Shown here: piece by piece, positions 27,492 to 37,144 of the stretch
Layout of the letters: every line of letters starts with the position of its first letter
Numbering within the stretch: the stretch's first letter is position 1
NCBI GenBank assembly: GCA_043813585.1
Contig: JBDRKW010000020.1
Coordinates: forward strand, 1,185 to 65,184
Source of the DNA: Candidatus Kerfeldbacteria bacterium
GTDB lineage: Bacteria; Patescibacteriota; Patescibacteriia; UBA9570; XYC2-FULL-38-9
Reading direction: 5' to 3'
DNA: 64,000 nt
The notes under the pieces: model-generated
Seen by the model: only the letters and a program-made list of their open reading frames with translations
What the model was told of the DNA's origin: nothing
The model's database searches: none
Program-made: the position numbers and the translations under genes

Positions 27492-28551
27492 TCTTGATTG
27501 CTTGGTTGAGCTCCGCCACGCGCTGCTCCGCCTCTTTCTTATTCATATTCAGCTTCTCCAATATTGTATACCGCTCCGGGCGCGTCTCCGGTGCCTTGAG
27601 CAGCACCTCGACGAACTGTTCATCCGACAAGCCGAGCTTTGAATGGTGTGCCGGCATATCGACCGCGTGCAAAAAATTCAGAAATTCTGCTATCGGCTCG
27701 TCGCGCAGGAATGCGGCAACAAGCGTGCCGTAGCAGACCTGAAGCCCGTGGAGCGAGCTGCCGGGATATAACAAGTCGATCGCGTGCGAGATCTCATGCT
27801 CTGCTCCGGAACAGGGACGGGAATTGCCGGCAATGTTCATGGCGATACCCGAAAGGATCAGGCCGTGCACCAGTTTTTCTAAAAAGTCCCCGCTCCGAAG
27901 ATCAATAGAGGACCCTCTGCAGGTGTCAAAAATGAGCTCTGCGCTGGAATACGCCATTGAAGCGGCAAAGTCATCCATGCGCTCTTTCCCTTGTGCATAG
28001 GCGAGTTTCCAATCCGCGATTGCGGAATAATTCGATACCAGATCGCCGATGCCCGCTTTGATATTATTGACCGGCGCAGTGGTGAGGAGCTTCGTATCAA
28101 CAAGGATGCCGATCGGCATGTTCACGCCAATGCTTTCCGTTTTCCCTTGCTCATTCACGAGTACGGCAACAGGGGAGCAGATACCGTCATTGGACGGCGA
28201 GGTCGGTATGGAAATATAGTTCACGCCCGCTTTGGTTGCGGCATACTTGCCGAGGTCAATGACGCGGCCGCCGCCGATGCTGACCACGAGGTCGTTGCCT
28301 TTGTCGCGGATTTCCGCGGCAAGGTTGTTGCCCTCTTCAATGGAGCTTTCCGAAAACAGGACGGTTGCCGGGTCGCCGAGCGCATGGACCGCATCATTGC
28401 CGCCGAGTTCAAGGATATGTTCTTCGGAAATGACCAGCGGCTTCTGGAAATGCAGGTGATGCTCGTCCAAAATCGAACGGATCATCGAAAGCGAACCGGT
28501 TTCGATCTTGATAAACAGCGGAATCTGGATTGTACGGAGAATCGTTGCCAT
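27475..28551 (-). CDS. sn-glycerol-1-phosphate dehydrogenase family (EgsA/AraM/Gtp1-like)
   Basis: GGGRVIDLGKY, PTSPSNDGICSP, GIGD, SRPCSGAEHEISHA, LHGLQV. Confidence 0.9.
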   Translation of the reverse strand: MATILRTIQIPLFIKIETGSLSMIRSILDEHHLHFQKPLVISEEHILELGGNDAVHALGDPATVLFSESSIEEGNNLAAEIRDKGNDLVVSIGGGRVIDLGKYAATKAGVNYISIPTSPSNDGICSPVAVLVNEQGKTESIGVNMPIGILVDTKLLTTAPVNNIKAGIGDLVSNYSAIADWKLAYAQGKERMDDFAASMAYSSAELIFDTCRGSSIDLRSGDFLEKLVHGLILSGIAMNIAGNSRPCSGAEHEISHAIDLLYPGSSLHGLQVCYGTLVAAFLRDEPIAEFLNFLHAVDMPAHHSKLGLSDEQFVEVLLKAPETRPERYTILEKLNMNKKEAEQRVAELNQAIKNADNG

Positions 28552-29282
28552 TAGAAATCGTTGATCAGCGAATTGGCTCGCTTTAAATCCTCATGCGTAT
28601 CAATTTCCATGCAGGGCATGCCGTTGGTCGACAGCGGCTTTACGACAACGCCATGGTCTTCAATCATGCGCTGGATGCCGTCTTCATAATATAGTGAATC
28701 ATCGTCAGAGATCGTCTTGTCGAGAGCATCGAGCAGCTGGTCCTTGATATCTTTCGTCAGCTTCATGACGCCGATATACTCGCCGTGCGACTCATCGGGC
28801 GAAAGGCTCTTATGGATATGGGCGATCGATTCCTCTTCATTGGTGATGACTTTCATCTCTTCGTCTCCCAGCTCCTTCACGTCGTCCACCACCATCGCAT
28901 TGCCGTATTCAGATTCGATCAGCCGGCGCAAAATATCAGCATGGAAAATCGTGTCAGAATTAATCAGGATAAAGTCCTCGTCAAACACCTCGTGCGCGCA
29001 TCGCATCGAAACAATGTTGCCGGCCGCATCAAACTTGTCGTTATAGATCAGGTTGATATTGATGTCAGGGTATTTCTTTTGGTACTCGGTCGCAAATTCT
29101 TCAATAGCAGGATGCCCGTGGCCGGTGACAATATCAAAATGGTCCAGCCCGGCCTCGCGCGCTGTATCCAAAATATGGTCAAGAATGGTCTTTTCACCGA
29201 TTCGAAGAAGGGTCTTTGGGATGTCCTTGGTGAGCGGGAGCAGCCGCTTGGCGCTGCCGGCCGCCATGATTATTGTTCTCAT
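28551..29282 (-). CDS. Phosphocholine/polyol-phosphate cytidylyltransferase family NTP transferase
   Basis: MAAGSAKRL.PLT...PK, INSD, EEMKV, GEYIG, YYED, EIDT.EDL. Confidence 0.85.
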   Translation of the reverse strand: MRTIIMAAGSAKRLLPLTKDIPKTLLRIGEKTILDHILDTAREAGLDHFDIVTGHGHPAIEEFATEYQKKYPDININLIYNDKFDAAGNIVSMRCAHEVFDEDFILINSDTIFHADILRRLIESEYGNAMVVDDVKELGDEEMKVITNEEESIAHIHKSLSPDESHGEYIGVMKLTKDIKDQLLDALDKTISDDDSLYYEDGIQRMIEDHGVVVKPLSTNGMPCMEIDTHEDLKRANSLINDF

Positions 29283-30724
29283 GAGCTTTTCTTGCTTAAC
29301 GCCTCCTTAAGGATGTTTTTGTCATACGGCGTAAAAAAGCGGAACAACCAGAGCAATCCGGTGTATGCCGCCATGCCGAAAATCACGAGGACTATAACAT
29401 GAACGTACGGTTTTATCAAGGCCAGTAAACCGAGCATTCCGGCGGTTGCAAGGAAGACGGGAATGAACGAACGCATACTTGCAAACAGCGATTCCCGCAG
29501 GTAGCGTCCTGACAGGTAAATATACGAACCGGCGATAAGGCATTCAGTGATAAGGGTTGCAATTGCAGCGCCCCGGGCGCCGTATTTTGAAATAAGATAT
29601 ATATCAAGAACGATGTTGACGCCCACTGAAGCGATCTGGATGCCCGCGCGCAGGCCCTGGCGGTCAGTAGTAGTCATGGAATTGCCCTGGCTGATGCCGA
29701 AGAACCGAATCGCCATGAACCATCCCATGATTTGCAGCACGACCACGGACGCAAGATATTCTTCCCCATAGACGAATCCGGTGATTTCCGGCGCCAATAA
29801 CCACAACCCGACTCCCGCCGGCAGGCCGAATGCGGCAAGGTACCGCCAGATCGTGCGGTTGATGCGCTTGTATTTTTCAATATTATCCCTGCTGTAGCGG
29901 TACATGATCGGCATCGTGACCTGGAAGACCATGAGCGGGATGAACAAAAATGCGGATACCAGCTTTGCAGATGCGGAATAGATGCCCACTTCGGTCTTGT
30001 CGCGCATGATCGAGAGGATGATCTGGTCGATCTGGAAGTAGAGCATGAAGAACATGTTGTACAGGGTGAACACGTACGACTGTTTTATCATGGGCCAGAT
30101 CTGGCGCGCGGAAAATGCCGGCCGGACGAATTTGAACGTATAGAGCAGAAGCGCTATGACGATAAACACGTCGATCCACAAGCGGGAATGGGCGATTGCC
30201 AGCAGGCCGGTGTCCTTATCGGCGACTGCATAGATAATCCACGCCGTTATCAGGAAATAGAGCACGCCATTGAGGATCTCGAGTAGCGCAACCGTTTTCA
30301 GCTGAAGGAACACGCGGAAGATGCCGCGCGCGACCTTGCGGAATTCGAACGCAAGTCCGGCCGCGCCGAGGACCGCCATGAGCGTGATAGTGGTAGCGTC
30401 GTAGTGCAGCCCAAACCCAATGCCGATAATGGCGGCATATAATACGAGCGAACAAAGCACTTCAACAACAAGCGTATTGCCGAAATAGACCGCCATCTTT
30501 TTTTCGTCGCGCGCCGCCTCGCGCACGATCAGCGTGCTCATCCCGATGTCATTCAGCGCCAAAAATGCGTTTGCCCATGCAAGCGCCGTTTCGAACATGC
30601 CGAACCGGTCCACGCCAAGGTAGCGCGCCGCATAGATCATGACCGCGGCCGTCAGGAAGCGGAACACAACGCGCGCGACCATGAGGTACGAAACATTCTT
30701 AAAGACCTTTTTTGTAAGGCTCAT
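29279..30724 (-). CDS. Wzx/MOP polysaccharide flippase
   Basis: ARYLG..FG, D.G....REAAR, IDQIIL...VGIYS, YGA.GAAIAT. Confidence 0.9.
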   Translation of the reverse strand: MSLTKKVFKNVSYLMVARVVFRFLTAAVMIYAARYLGVDRFGMFETALAWANAFLALNDIGMSTLIVREAARDEKKMAVYFGNTLVVEVLCSLVLYAAIIGIGFGLHYDATTITLMAVLGAAGLAFEFRKVARGIFRVFLQLKTVALLEILNGVLYFLITAWIIYAVADKDTGLLAIAHSRLWIDVFIVIALLLYTFKFVRPAFSARQIWPMIKQSYVFTLYNMFFMLYFQIDQIILSIMRDKTEVGIYSASAKLVSAFLFIPLMVFQVTMPIMYRYSRDNIEKYKRINRTIWRYLAAFGLPAGVGLWLLAPEITGFVYGEEYLASVVVLQIMGWFMAIRFFGISQGNSMTTTDRQGLRAGIQIASVGVNIVLDIYLISKYGARGAAIATLITECLIAGSYIYLSGRYLRESLFASMRSFIPVFLATAGMLGLLALIKPYVHVIVLVIFGMAAYTGLLWLFRFFTPYDKNILKEALSKKSS

Positions 30725-31803
30725 TAATATTTGAGTAGTGAATCGAATACGGACCGGTATGATTCAGCGACGTCGTCCCATCGGAAATGGCTGACAGTGT
30801 ATTCCCGCGCGCGCTGTCCGAATGCGCGGCGCTCTTCCACATCTGCCGCCCATTCGCGCAGTACCGCAGCAAACTGTTCCGGCTGTTCCGCATCTACGAG
30901 CCTGCCGTTTTGTCCGTCGTAAATCGCGTCAGTGATCCCTTCAAGCCGGGAGGCCACAACAGGAAGGCCGGCTGCTGCCGCTTCCACTGCAACAAAGCCG
31001 AAACCCTCGACATCGTCCTTCTCGTCAATATTCGGCATCACGAATGCGTCAGCTCCGGAGTATAAGTTTGTGAGTAATTCGTTATCAATGCCGCCCAGCA
31101 GCGTAACTGACTGTTGCAGTTTTGTTTCCTCTATTGCCCGTTCGATCGATTCGCGCTCCGGACCGTCAGATGCAATGACAAACAGTGGAGAGAGATTATC
31201 AAGCAGCGGCATTACCGACCGGACAAACCATTCAATGCCCTTCCGCCGCACCAGGCGCCCGACAGAAAGAATAATAAACTGGTTGTCGCAGCCGTCATCC
31301 GTGCTCATCATCCTGCAGAGCGCGCTGCGCGCTTCATTCCGGTCGCGCATCTGCGGTGGGGTGACGCCATGGGGAATGCACTTAATTTTTTCTTCGGGAA
31401 CGCCTCGCTCCATTAACAGCGAACGCGTGTTTTCGCTTACGCAGACAAACCGGTCCACTGAAGGCAGGGAAGCATTGATCATCCATGTGTACAACGGCCC
31501 CATTTTTTTATAGGTGAGTTCAAGTCCGTGAACGGTGGCAACCACCGGTCTTGGGGTGAACACCTTTAGTATTCGTGCAACCGGTGCAAGGACCAGGTCG
31601 CCCAAGTGGTACGCGTCCGCTTTTTTACGGAGCCCGATCGCCTTAATCGCTAGCAGGGGGATAACCCATATGATGTCTGCCTGGCGCTTCCCGCGTGCAA
31701 TAACAGTTTTTTCATCGCTAAAATGGCGTATCAGCTCGTAGCTAAACGTCTCCATGCCGCCCTTTTGAGGCGGGTATTTGCGGGTGAGAAAAACGATATG
31801 CAT
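30724..31803 (-). CDS. Glycosyltransferase family 4
   Basis: YPPQKGGME, VGRLVRRKG, EGFGFVAVEA. Confidence 0.9.
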   Translation of the reverse strand: MHIVFLTRKYPPQKGGMETFSYELIRHFSDEKTVIARGKRQADIIWVIPLLAIKAIGLRKKADAYHLGDLVLAPVARILKVFTPRPVVATVHGLELTYKKMGPLYTWMINASLPSVDRFVCVSENTRSLLMERGVPEEKIKCIPHGVTPPQMRDRNEARSALCRMMSTDDGCDNQFIILSVGRLVRRKGIEWFVRSVMPLLDNLSPLFVIASDGPERESIERAIEETKLQQSVTLLGGIDNELLTNLYSGADAFVMPNIDEKDDVEGFGFVAVEAAAAGLPVVASRLEGITDAIYDGQNGRLVDAEQPEQFAAVLREWAADVEERRAFGQRAREYTVSHFRWDDVAESYRSVFDSLLKY

Positions 31804-31821
31804 ATGCGGTCTATCCGTGAA

Positions 31822-31914
31822 ATTCTACCAAAAATCGCCAAAAATTCAAGTGTAGGGGGATCATGCAAGTGAAGTGGCTGCTGTCTTGAGAAACCGGAGA
31901 TCATCTGCTACACT
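31822..31914. promoter_or_regulatory. Divergent promoters
   Basis: Minus strand TTGAAT-16-TAGAAT (31849-31822); plus strand TTGAGA-17-TACACT (31886-31914), 7 nt before ATG 31922. Confidence 0.55.
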
Positions 31915-31921
31915 ATGTCTG

Positions 31922-33988
31922 ATGAAATTCAAGGAACTATCCTACAACATCAGTATAGCGGCAGCCGTTGTCAGTGCCATTGCCCTGGCTTGGTTGGCGC
32001 TTTTTCCGACCCCGTTAGACCTGTTTTCATGGACCGTACCCGCCTGGCTGCTTGTGGCATTCCTCGCCGCACTTTGTTCCGGAAGCATAGGGCTGGTGGC
32101 GCGGCAATCGGACCGCCGTTTTGGTTTTCTCCTCGCGTTGCATATTGTCCCTGCGCTCAGCATCAGCCAGGCCAGGGGGATGCTCAGCCCTGGAACCGAC
32201 GGCCAGGAGCTCGTGCTGAGCGTGCTGTGGGCTGTTGCGGTGGTGGAGCTGGCGTACGAAGCGCGCCCGCAGTTGTTTGAAGGCCTTACTTGGAAAGCGC
32301 TGACCGCGTTTGCCGTATCGCTAACAGTCATCTGGAGTGTGTTTGTCCATCTTGCGAGGTTCAATGCCGACTCCATACTCATTAACGGATTCCTGGTGCT
32401 TGCCTGGGCTGCCGTTGTCCGCTGGATGCCCGATAGGGGCGAAGGAAAAGATAATAAAAAACAATTCATCCATTTGGTCTGGACTGCGTGCATCGGGATC
32501 ATCGTCTTATGGGGCGCATGGCTGCGCATTGCGGCGGTGGATACGTTCGCATTCCAGAATGACGAGTACTACCACGTTGAAGCGGCTGCCGGCTACCTTG
32601 AAACAGGGGAATACAAATTATGGAATTTCGTTTTCAATGAGCCGGAGGAGGAATACGATCGCGCATGGGTCTACACATGGCAGGTTGCGCAAAGCTTTAA
32701 ATTATTCGGCTTTTCAGAAGTAAGCGGACGCCTGCCGACGCTGTTATGGGGGCTGTTTTTTCTGGCGCTGGTGCCGCTGTTGGCCTATTCATGGACACGA
32801 TCACGAGGTGTGGCATTCTTGGCAACCGCAATCGCGGCATTTGATAACGGATTCGTATGGGCATGTACCTACTCGCGCATGTATACCATGCTCCAGGTGC
32901 TCATACTGGCGGGCGTGTGGTGTTTCTGGATGGCGCTGCGCAATGTCAAGCGCAAGCGGCCCTGGACGCGATGGCTCTGGCTTGCCGCAGCCGTTCTACT
33001 TGTTCTGGCAGCTGCGTACATTCATGCAAGCGGCCTCCTCATCTTCGGGGGCATGGCCGTAGCGATATGGCTGTTATATTTCTTCAACAGAACAAACACA
33101 TGGTACAGATTGTTGTCCATTCTTTTTATCGCGGGCTCGTTTGCGGCAATTCTTTACAGCAAACTCCAGTCGCAGATTTGGCTGAATCTCATCACTGTAC
33201 GCAAAGAAGCGGCCGTGCAGTATCTCGCGTATCCGTTCCAGGACCTGGTCATCACCATACTCGGCATGATCCTGTTTATCGTGGCATTCATTGCGTACAA
33301 AAAAGAGAAGCTCCCGACATGGCTTATCATCGCCGGTTCCACAACAATCCCAGCAGTGATCTATTTCACCTACTTTGCCGGAAGGTATGGCGCCAGAAAA
33401 TACAGCCTCTTTTTCCTTGTCTTCATCTACATCGCAATCGCATGGGTATGGAATCGGGTACTGCGTCAGTGGACCGCACATTCATGGAAACGATTGGTTA
33501 TTGGTACGTTCATTACAGTATGGGTATTTGTTCCGATTTCCATCCCGGGCGTGGAGGGATCGTTCGTGACGCGGACGGCGCGTGCCGACCTGACCTATAG
33601 AGATGTAGGCCTGCATGATTACAAAATCGCCTATGCAGCTGTTCAGGAAGAGGCGAAGACAGATGACGCCATCGTCATTCTTGCGCCGCGGTCCTATTAC
33701 CTCTACCGGACGGATGTTGATTATTTCATCATGCCGGTGAACAACGCCATGACAGTGGAGATGCTCGAAGAGGTGATGACGCAGAAAGCACGCGGCTGGG
33801 TTATTTGGCCGCGGTTCAAGGAGTTTCACCTCTCCAGGAAATTCACCAATTATGTCAAAGACAACCTGCACCCCTTTGAAGGCACAAAAGGAACGCAGGT
33901 TCGCGTCTATTACTGGGACCGCGTCCAGGACGCGCTCGATCAGATTGATCAGATTAAAGAGCTGGAATCGGAACGCACTGAAGAATAG
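31922..33988 (+). CDS. GT-C fold (GT39/ArnT-like) membrane glycosyltransferase
   Basis: LR......NDE motif, LFGFSE.SGRLP, SRMY; many TMs. Confidence 0.75.
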   Translation: MKFKELSYNISIAAAVVSAIALAWLALFPTPLDLFSWTVPAWLLVAFLAALCSGSIGLVARQSDRRFGFLLALHIVPALSISQARGMLSPGTDGQELVLSVLWAVAVVELAYEARPQLFEGLTWKALTAFAVSLTVIWSVFVHLARFNADSILINGFLVLAWAAVVRWMPDRGEGKDNKKQFIHLVWTACIGIIVLWGAWLRIAAVDTFAFQNDEYYHVEAAAGYLETGEYKLWNFVFNEPEEEYDRAWVYTWQVAQSFKLFGFSEVSGRLPTLLWGLFFLALVPLLAYSWTRSRGVAFLATAIAAFDNGFVWACTYSRMYTMLQVLILAGVWCFWMALRNVKRKRPWTRWLWLAAAVLLVLAAAYIHASGLLIFGGMAVAIWLLYFFNRTNTWYRLLSILFIAGSFAAILYSKLQSQIWLNLITVRKEAAVQYLAYPFQDLVITILGMILFIVAFIAYKKEKLPTWLIIAGSTTIPAVIYFTYFAGRYGARKYSLFFLVFIYIAIAWVWNRVLRQWTAHSWKRLVIGTFITVWVFVPISIPGVEGSFVTRTARADLTYRDVGLHDYKIAYAAVQEEAKTDDAIVILAPRSYYLYRTDVDYFIMPVNNAMTVEMLEEVMTQKARGWVIWPRFKEFHLSRKFTNYVKDNLHPFEGTKGTQVRVYYWDRVQDALDQIDQIKELESERTEE

Positions 33989-35103
33989 AGTGCAAGATAT
34001 TGGTCAGCTACAGCCTTCCATGACAATGAGCGCGCTGCTGCAAGGCCTTTTTTTGAAAGCTCGGTCCGCAGATCAGGATTTTCAATAAGGCGCACGAGCG
34101 CAGATGCAATTACTGAGGACGATGCGGTTTCAACGATAATTCCGCAGTCCCCGACTAATTCTCGTGCTCCGGTATTTGTCGTTATGACGGGCACGCCGCT
34201 TGCCATTGCTTCCAGCACAACATTGCCCAGCGCTTCAGTGAGTGACGGCAGAACAATTACGTCTGACTGGCGGTAGAGCGCCGGCAGCTGATCATAGGCG
34301 ACGTTGCCATGGAATATCACCGATCCTTCAATGCCGAGGGTTTGGACTTGTATCTGTAACTTTTCTTTATCCGGACCGTCACCTGCAATATGCAGCCGAC
34401 TGTTGGGATGCTGCGCTGCAACAGAAGCAAATGCATCCAGTAAGTAGCGTAAACCCTTGCGTTCAACCAAACGGCCGACGTAGAGAATGTTGAAATCGTT
34501 CTTATTCAAGATTGGCCGTTGTGTCATTTGGAACGTGGCACCATCTACGCCGTTTCTGATAATTGAAATCTTCTGTTGCGGAGCGGTCTTGACGGCAAGG
34601 GTGCACAAGCTCTCACTGACCGCAGTAACAGCTTCTGCAGACCGCCAAACCCGGCGGCTCAACCGACGGAAGAGCAGCCGGTCGGGCAACCGAAAGCGAT
34701 CGTTATAGAACGGCACATCGCTTCCCCGGAGAGAAACGATATACGGCAAACCGAGCTTCATTGCGATATACCCGCACGGTATGCCAAAAAAGGCATGCAC
34801 AAGGTCATACTGCCGTTCACGCACTAGCGCTGAACAGTAACGATGCGCCTTGTATGAATAGGCAAGCAGATCCCGGTTGCTTTGGTAATGGAGGCTGCCT
34901 CGTTTTCCAATATCGAGATAGTGTATCGTAATGAATCTGCCCAGATTTTCTGTTTTGAAGTGACCAGTAGAGGAGGTAACGAGATCAACGGTAAGTTCCG
35001 GGTGTGATGCGTATTCCTTCAGTAAAAAATGGTTCGCGGTCGCCGCGCCGCCCCCGAGTGGAGGGTATTCGTAATTAAGAAAGAGGAGAGACAGCGGGCG
35101 CAT
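33949..35103 (-). CDS. Glycosyltransferase family 4
   Basis: NYEYPPLGGGA, YVGRLVERKG, PSLTEALGNVVLEAM. Confidence 0.9.
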   Translation of the reverse strand: MRPLSLLFLNYEYPPLGGGAATANHFLLKEYASHPELTVDLVTSSTGHFKTENLGRFITIHYLDIGKRGSLHYQSNRDLLAYSYKAHRYCSALVRERQYDLVHAFFGIPCGYIAMKLGLPYIVSLRGSDVPFYNDRFRLPDRLLFRRLSRRVWRSAEAVTAVSESLCTLAVKTAPQQKISIIRNGVDGATFQMTQRPILNKNDFNILYVGRLVERKGLRYLLDAFASVAAQHPNSRLHIAGDGPDKEKLQIQVQTLGIEGSVIFHGNVAYDQLPALYRQSDVIVLPSLTEALGNVVLEAMASGVPVITTNTGARELVGDCGIIVETASSSVIASALVRLIENPDLRTELSKKGLAAARSLSWKAVADQYLALYSSVRSDSSSLI

Positions 35104-35112
35104 ACACAAAGT

Positions 35113-36165
35113 TCACGTTGATTTCAAATATGCACGCACCTCGACACTCGGATCGCGGGTAAACCGTTTCATGCTGTCCTTCATGTCGCTTTTTTTACGC
35201 GTTGAGTAGATCACGCGGCGTTTGCGGAGCATTGTTGGCGCAAGCAGGAACGCTGCCCCGTAGCCTCGCATTGCCGTGAGAATCATCATCGGCTTGCTCA
35301 GTTTTCTGCTGTGTGCGGCGTTGGCGCCGGCGCTTTTCTTTCTATTTCCTGCATACTGCATATACGCAAAAAAACGGCGATAGAGCAGGGCGATTTTTTT
35401 CAGAAGAACCGTCCAAGGGAAGAGCTTTATAGCGATTAGTAGCTGGTTGCGCGTGATATAATAGGTTTTAAACGCAGACATGGCGCCGGAGGATTGCGAA
35501 TGGAAGTGGTACACGACCGATTTCGGCTCATACATCACGTTCCAGCCGTACAGATGCGCGCGCATTCCCCATTCCGCGTCTTCCCCGTATGAAAAAAGCG
35601 TTTCGTCAAACGCGCCGCACTCTTCAATAACTTCGCGGCGGACGATAAAGGAAGCGCCGCACGGAGCGAATACTTCATTTGCCTCATTCATTTCATCCGG
35701 CTTCATACCGGTTCCGCGGTGGAATCCGCCCAGGTCCGGAGCGGAGAACATGCCGGTGGACTGGATAACCGGAGGGTTGTCAAAGAGGATTTTCGACGTG
35801 ACCATTCCGGTTTTCTCATTCGCTTCAAGGCGCTGCACCAGGTGATGCAGCCAGTTCGGCCTGATCTCCGTATCAATATTGAGGCAGGCGATATATCGTA
35901 TGTGCGGGTTCCTTAATGCCGACTCAAACCCGATATTATTCCCGCGTGCAAACCCGGTATTCTCCTTCAGCGGAATGAGCTGTACATCAGGATATTTCGA
36001 CCGGATGAATTCCAACGATCCGTCAGTCGAGCCGTTATCAACAATCACAACAGTGAACGGAGTGCCGGCGTTTTTATACAGTGCATCAATGCAGGATTGG
36101 AGGAATTTCCTGCCGTTCCAGTTCACTAGAATGACCGCTGTTTCGGCCGCTTGTTGCGTTTTCAT
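35113..36165 (-). CDS. GT2 glycosyltransferase (rhamnosyltransferase-like)
   Basis: VNWNG, VDNGSTDGS, NTGFARGNN, FDE..FSYGED; ATGA overlap with the upstream gene. Confidence 0.9.
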   Translation of the reverse strand: MKTQQAAETAVILVNWNGRKFLQSCIDALYKNAGTPFTVVIVDNGSTDGSLEFIRSKYPDVQLIPLKENTGFARGNNIGFESALRNPHIRYIACLNIDTEIRPNWLHHLVQRLEANEKTGMVTSKILFDNPPVIQSTGMFSAPDLGGFHRGTGMKPDEMNEANEVFAPCGASFIVRREVIEECGAFDETLFSYGEDAEWGMRAHLYGWNVMYEPKSVVYHFHSQSSGAMSAFKTYYITRNQLLIAIKLFPWTVLLKKIALLYRRFFAYMQYAGNRKKSAGANAAHSRKLSKPMMILTAMRGYGAAFLLAPTMLRKRRVIYSTRKKSDMKDSMKRFTRDPSVEVRAYLKST

Positions 36166-37037
36166 GACAATGTAGATTTTCTGAGCCAGAACCACTGGAT
36201 CGGATAGATGAGGATGGCTGCGATTGCACGTTTCCATAACGGTTGCTCTGTTTTCCACGTTTCGTCGCAGCGGATGCCGGAAAATGCTTTCCGCCGCTCC
36301 GGCAGCGCCAGCCGGTTGCCGCCGATATTATGGTAGTCATCCATCGTTCTCACGCGCTCGGCATAATCAGCGGGTATTTCAATATTCAGGAAGCGCGCAA
36401 TCGATTCCAGATGGGCCTTCGGTTCCCGGCAAAACTTCTCATAATGAATAAACAGCGTGGGCACGCCGGACTTGCGCACGTAACGCATGATGAGAAAATT
36501 CATCAGCAACCACTTGCCCAGTGAAAGGAAGTAGCTCTTGCGCGGCCCCTGCTTGCCCGAATTGAACGAATTGGCCACCGCGCGCGCGTCGCGGATGACG
36601 AAAATGTTCGTGACCTTCAGGGACGGGTCTGAATGGAGCTCCGCCAGCCGCCCAACCTCTTTGGAAGAATCCAGGAAATATTTGACGCCGGAAGTGCATT
36701 TGCCGGACAGTTCGGAAAGCAGCGCGGCGTTGTCGGATGTATGCGCAAAGCGAAGGTTGCGGTACAGGGGATTGAGCGCGTAATGCAAAATCTTCAGGTA
36801 GTCGCGGACATTCATCCTGTTCTCTATATGGAATTGTTTCTGGTTTGCCGCCGCATCAGACCAGAACGGACATACAGTCATCGCTCTGCCGCAGCTGCAG
36901 GGCACGCCTTCCTCGGCCATGGCATTGAACTTATACATTTCGCCGACGCTGCAGACGCTTGTGCTGCTTGAGATCACCAAATCGAGCAGGGTGGACCCGC
37001 TCCTGCCGATGCCTGAAATATAGATTATTTCGTTCAT
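36162..37037 (-). CDS. PAPS-dependent sulfotransferase
   Basis: 5'-PSB GRSGSTLL, CSCG....CPFW, DSSK, 3'-PB RDARAVANS, HYE. Confidence 0.85.
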   Translation of the reverse strand: MNEIIYISGIGRSGSTLLDLVISSSTSVCSVGEMYKFNAMAEEGVPCSCGRAMTVCPFWSDAAANQKQFHIENRMNVRDYLKILHYALNPLYRNLRFAHTSDNAALLSELSGKCTSGVKYFLDSSKEVGRLAELHSDPSLKVTNIFVIRDARAVANSFNSGKQGPRKSYFLSLGKWLLMNFLIMRYVRKSGVPTLFIHYEKFCREPKAHLESIARFLNIEIPADYAERVRTMDDYHNIGGNRLALPERRKAFSGIRCDETWKTEQPLWKRAIAAILIYPIQWFWLRKSTLS

Positions 37038-37061
37038 GCGTTTGTCGTAAAAAGCGTCCAG

Positions 37062-37123
37062 ATTATACTAGATAATAACTCTAATATCAAGGAATTGACG
37101 GTATTATAGGCCTTCTATAGAAT
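37062..37123. promoter_or_regulatory. Back-to-back sigma70 promoters
   Basis: Minus strand TTGATA-17-TATAAT (37090-37062); plus strand TTGACG-17-TAGAAT (37095-37123). Confidence 0.75.
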
Positions 37124-37144
37124 GAAGTGCGAACAACCGCAATC

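Noticed and set aside
27475-28551. Archaeal ether lipid synthesis
   Set aside because: No GGGP/DGGGP synthase or CarS in the window; linkage to a flippase and NTP transferase fits glycan or headgroup modification better.
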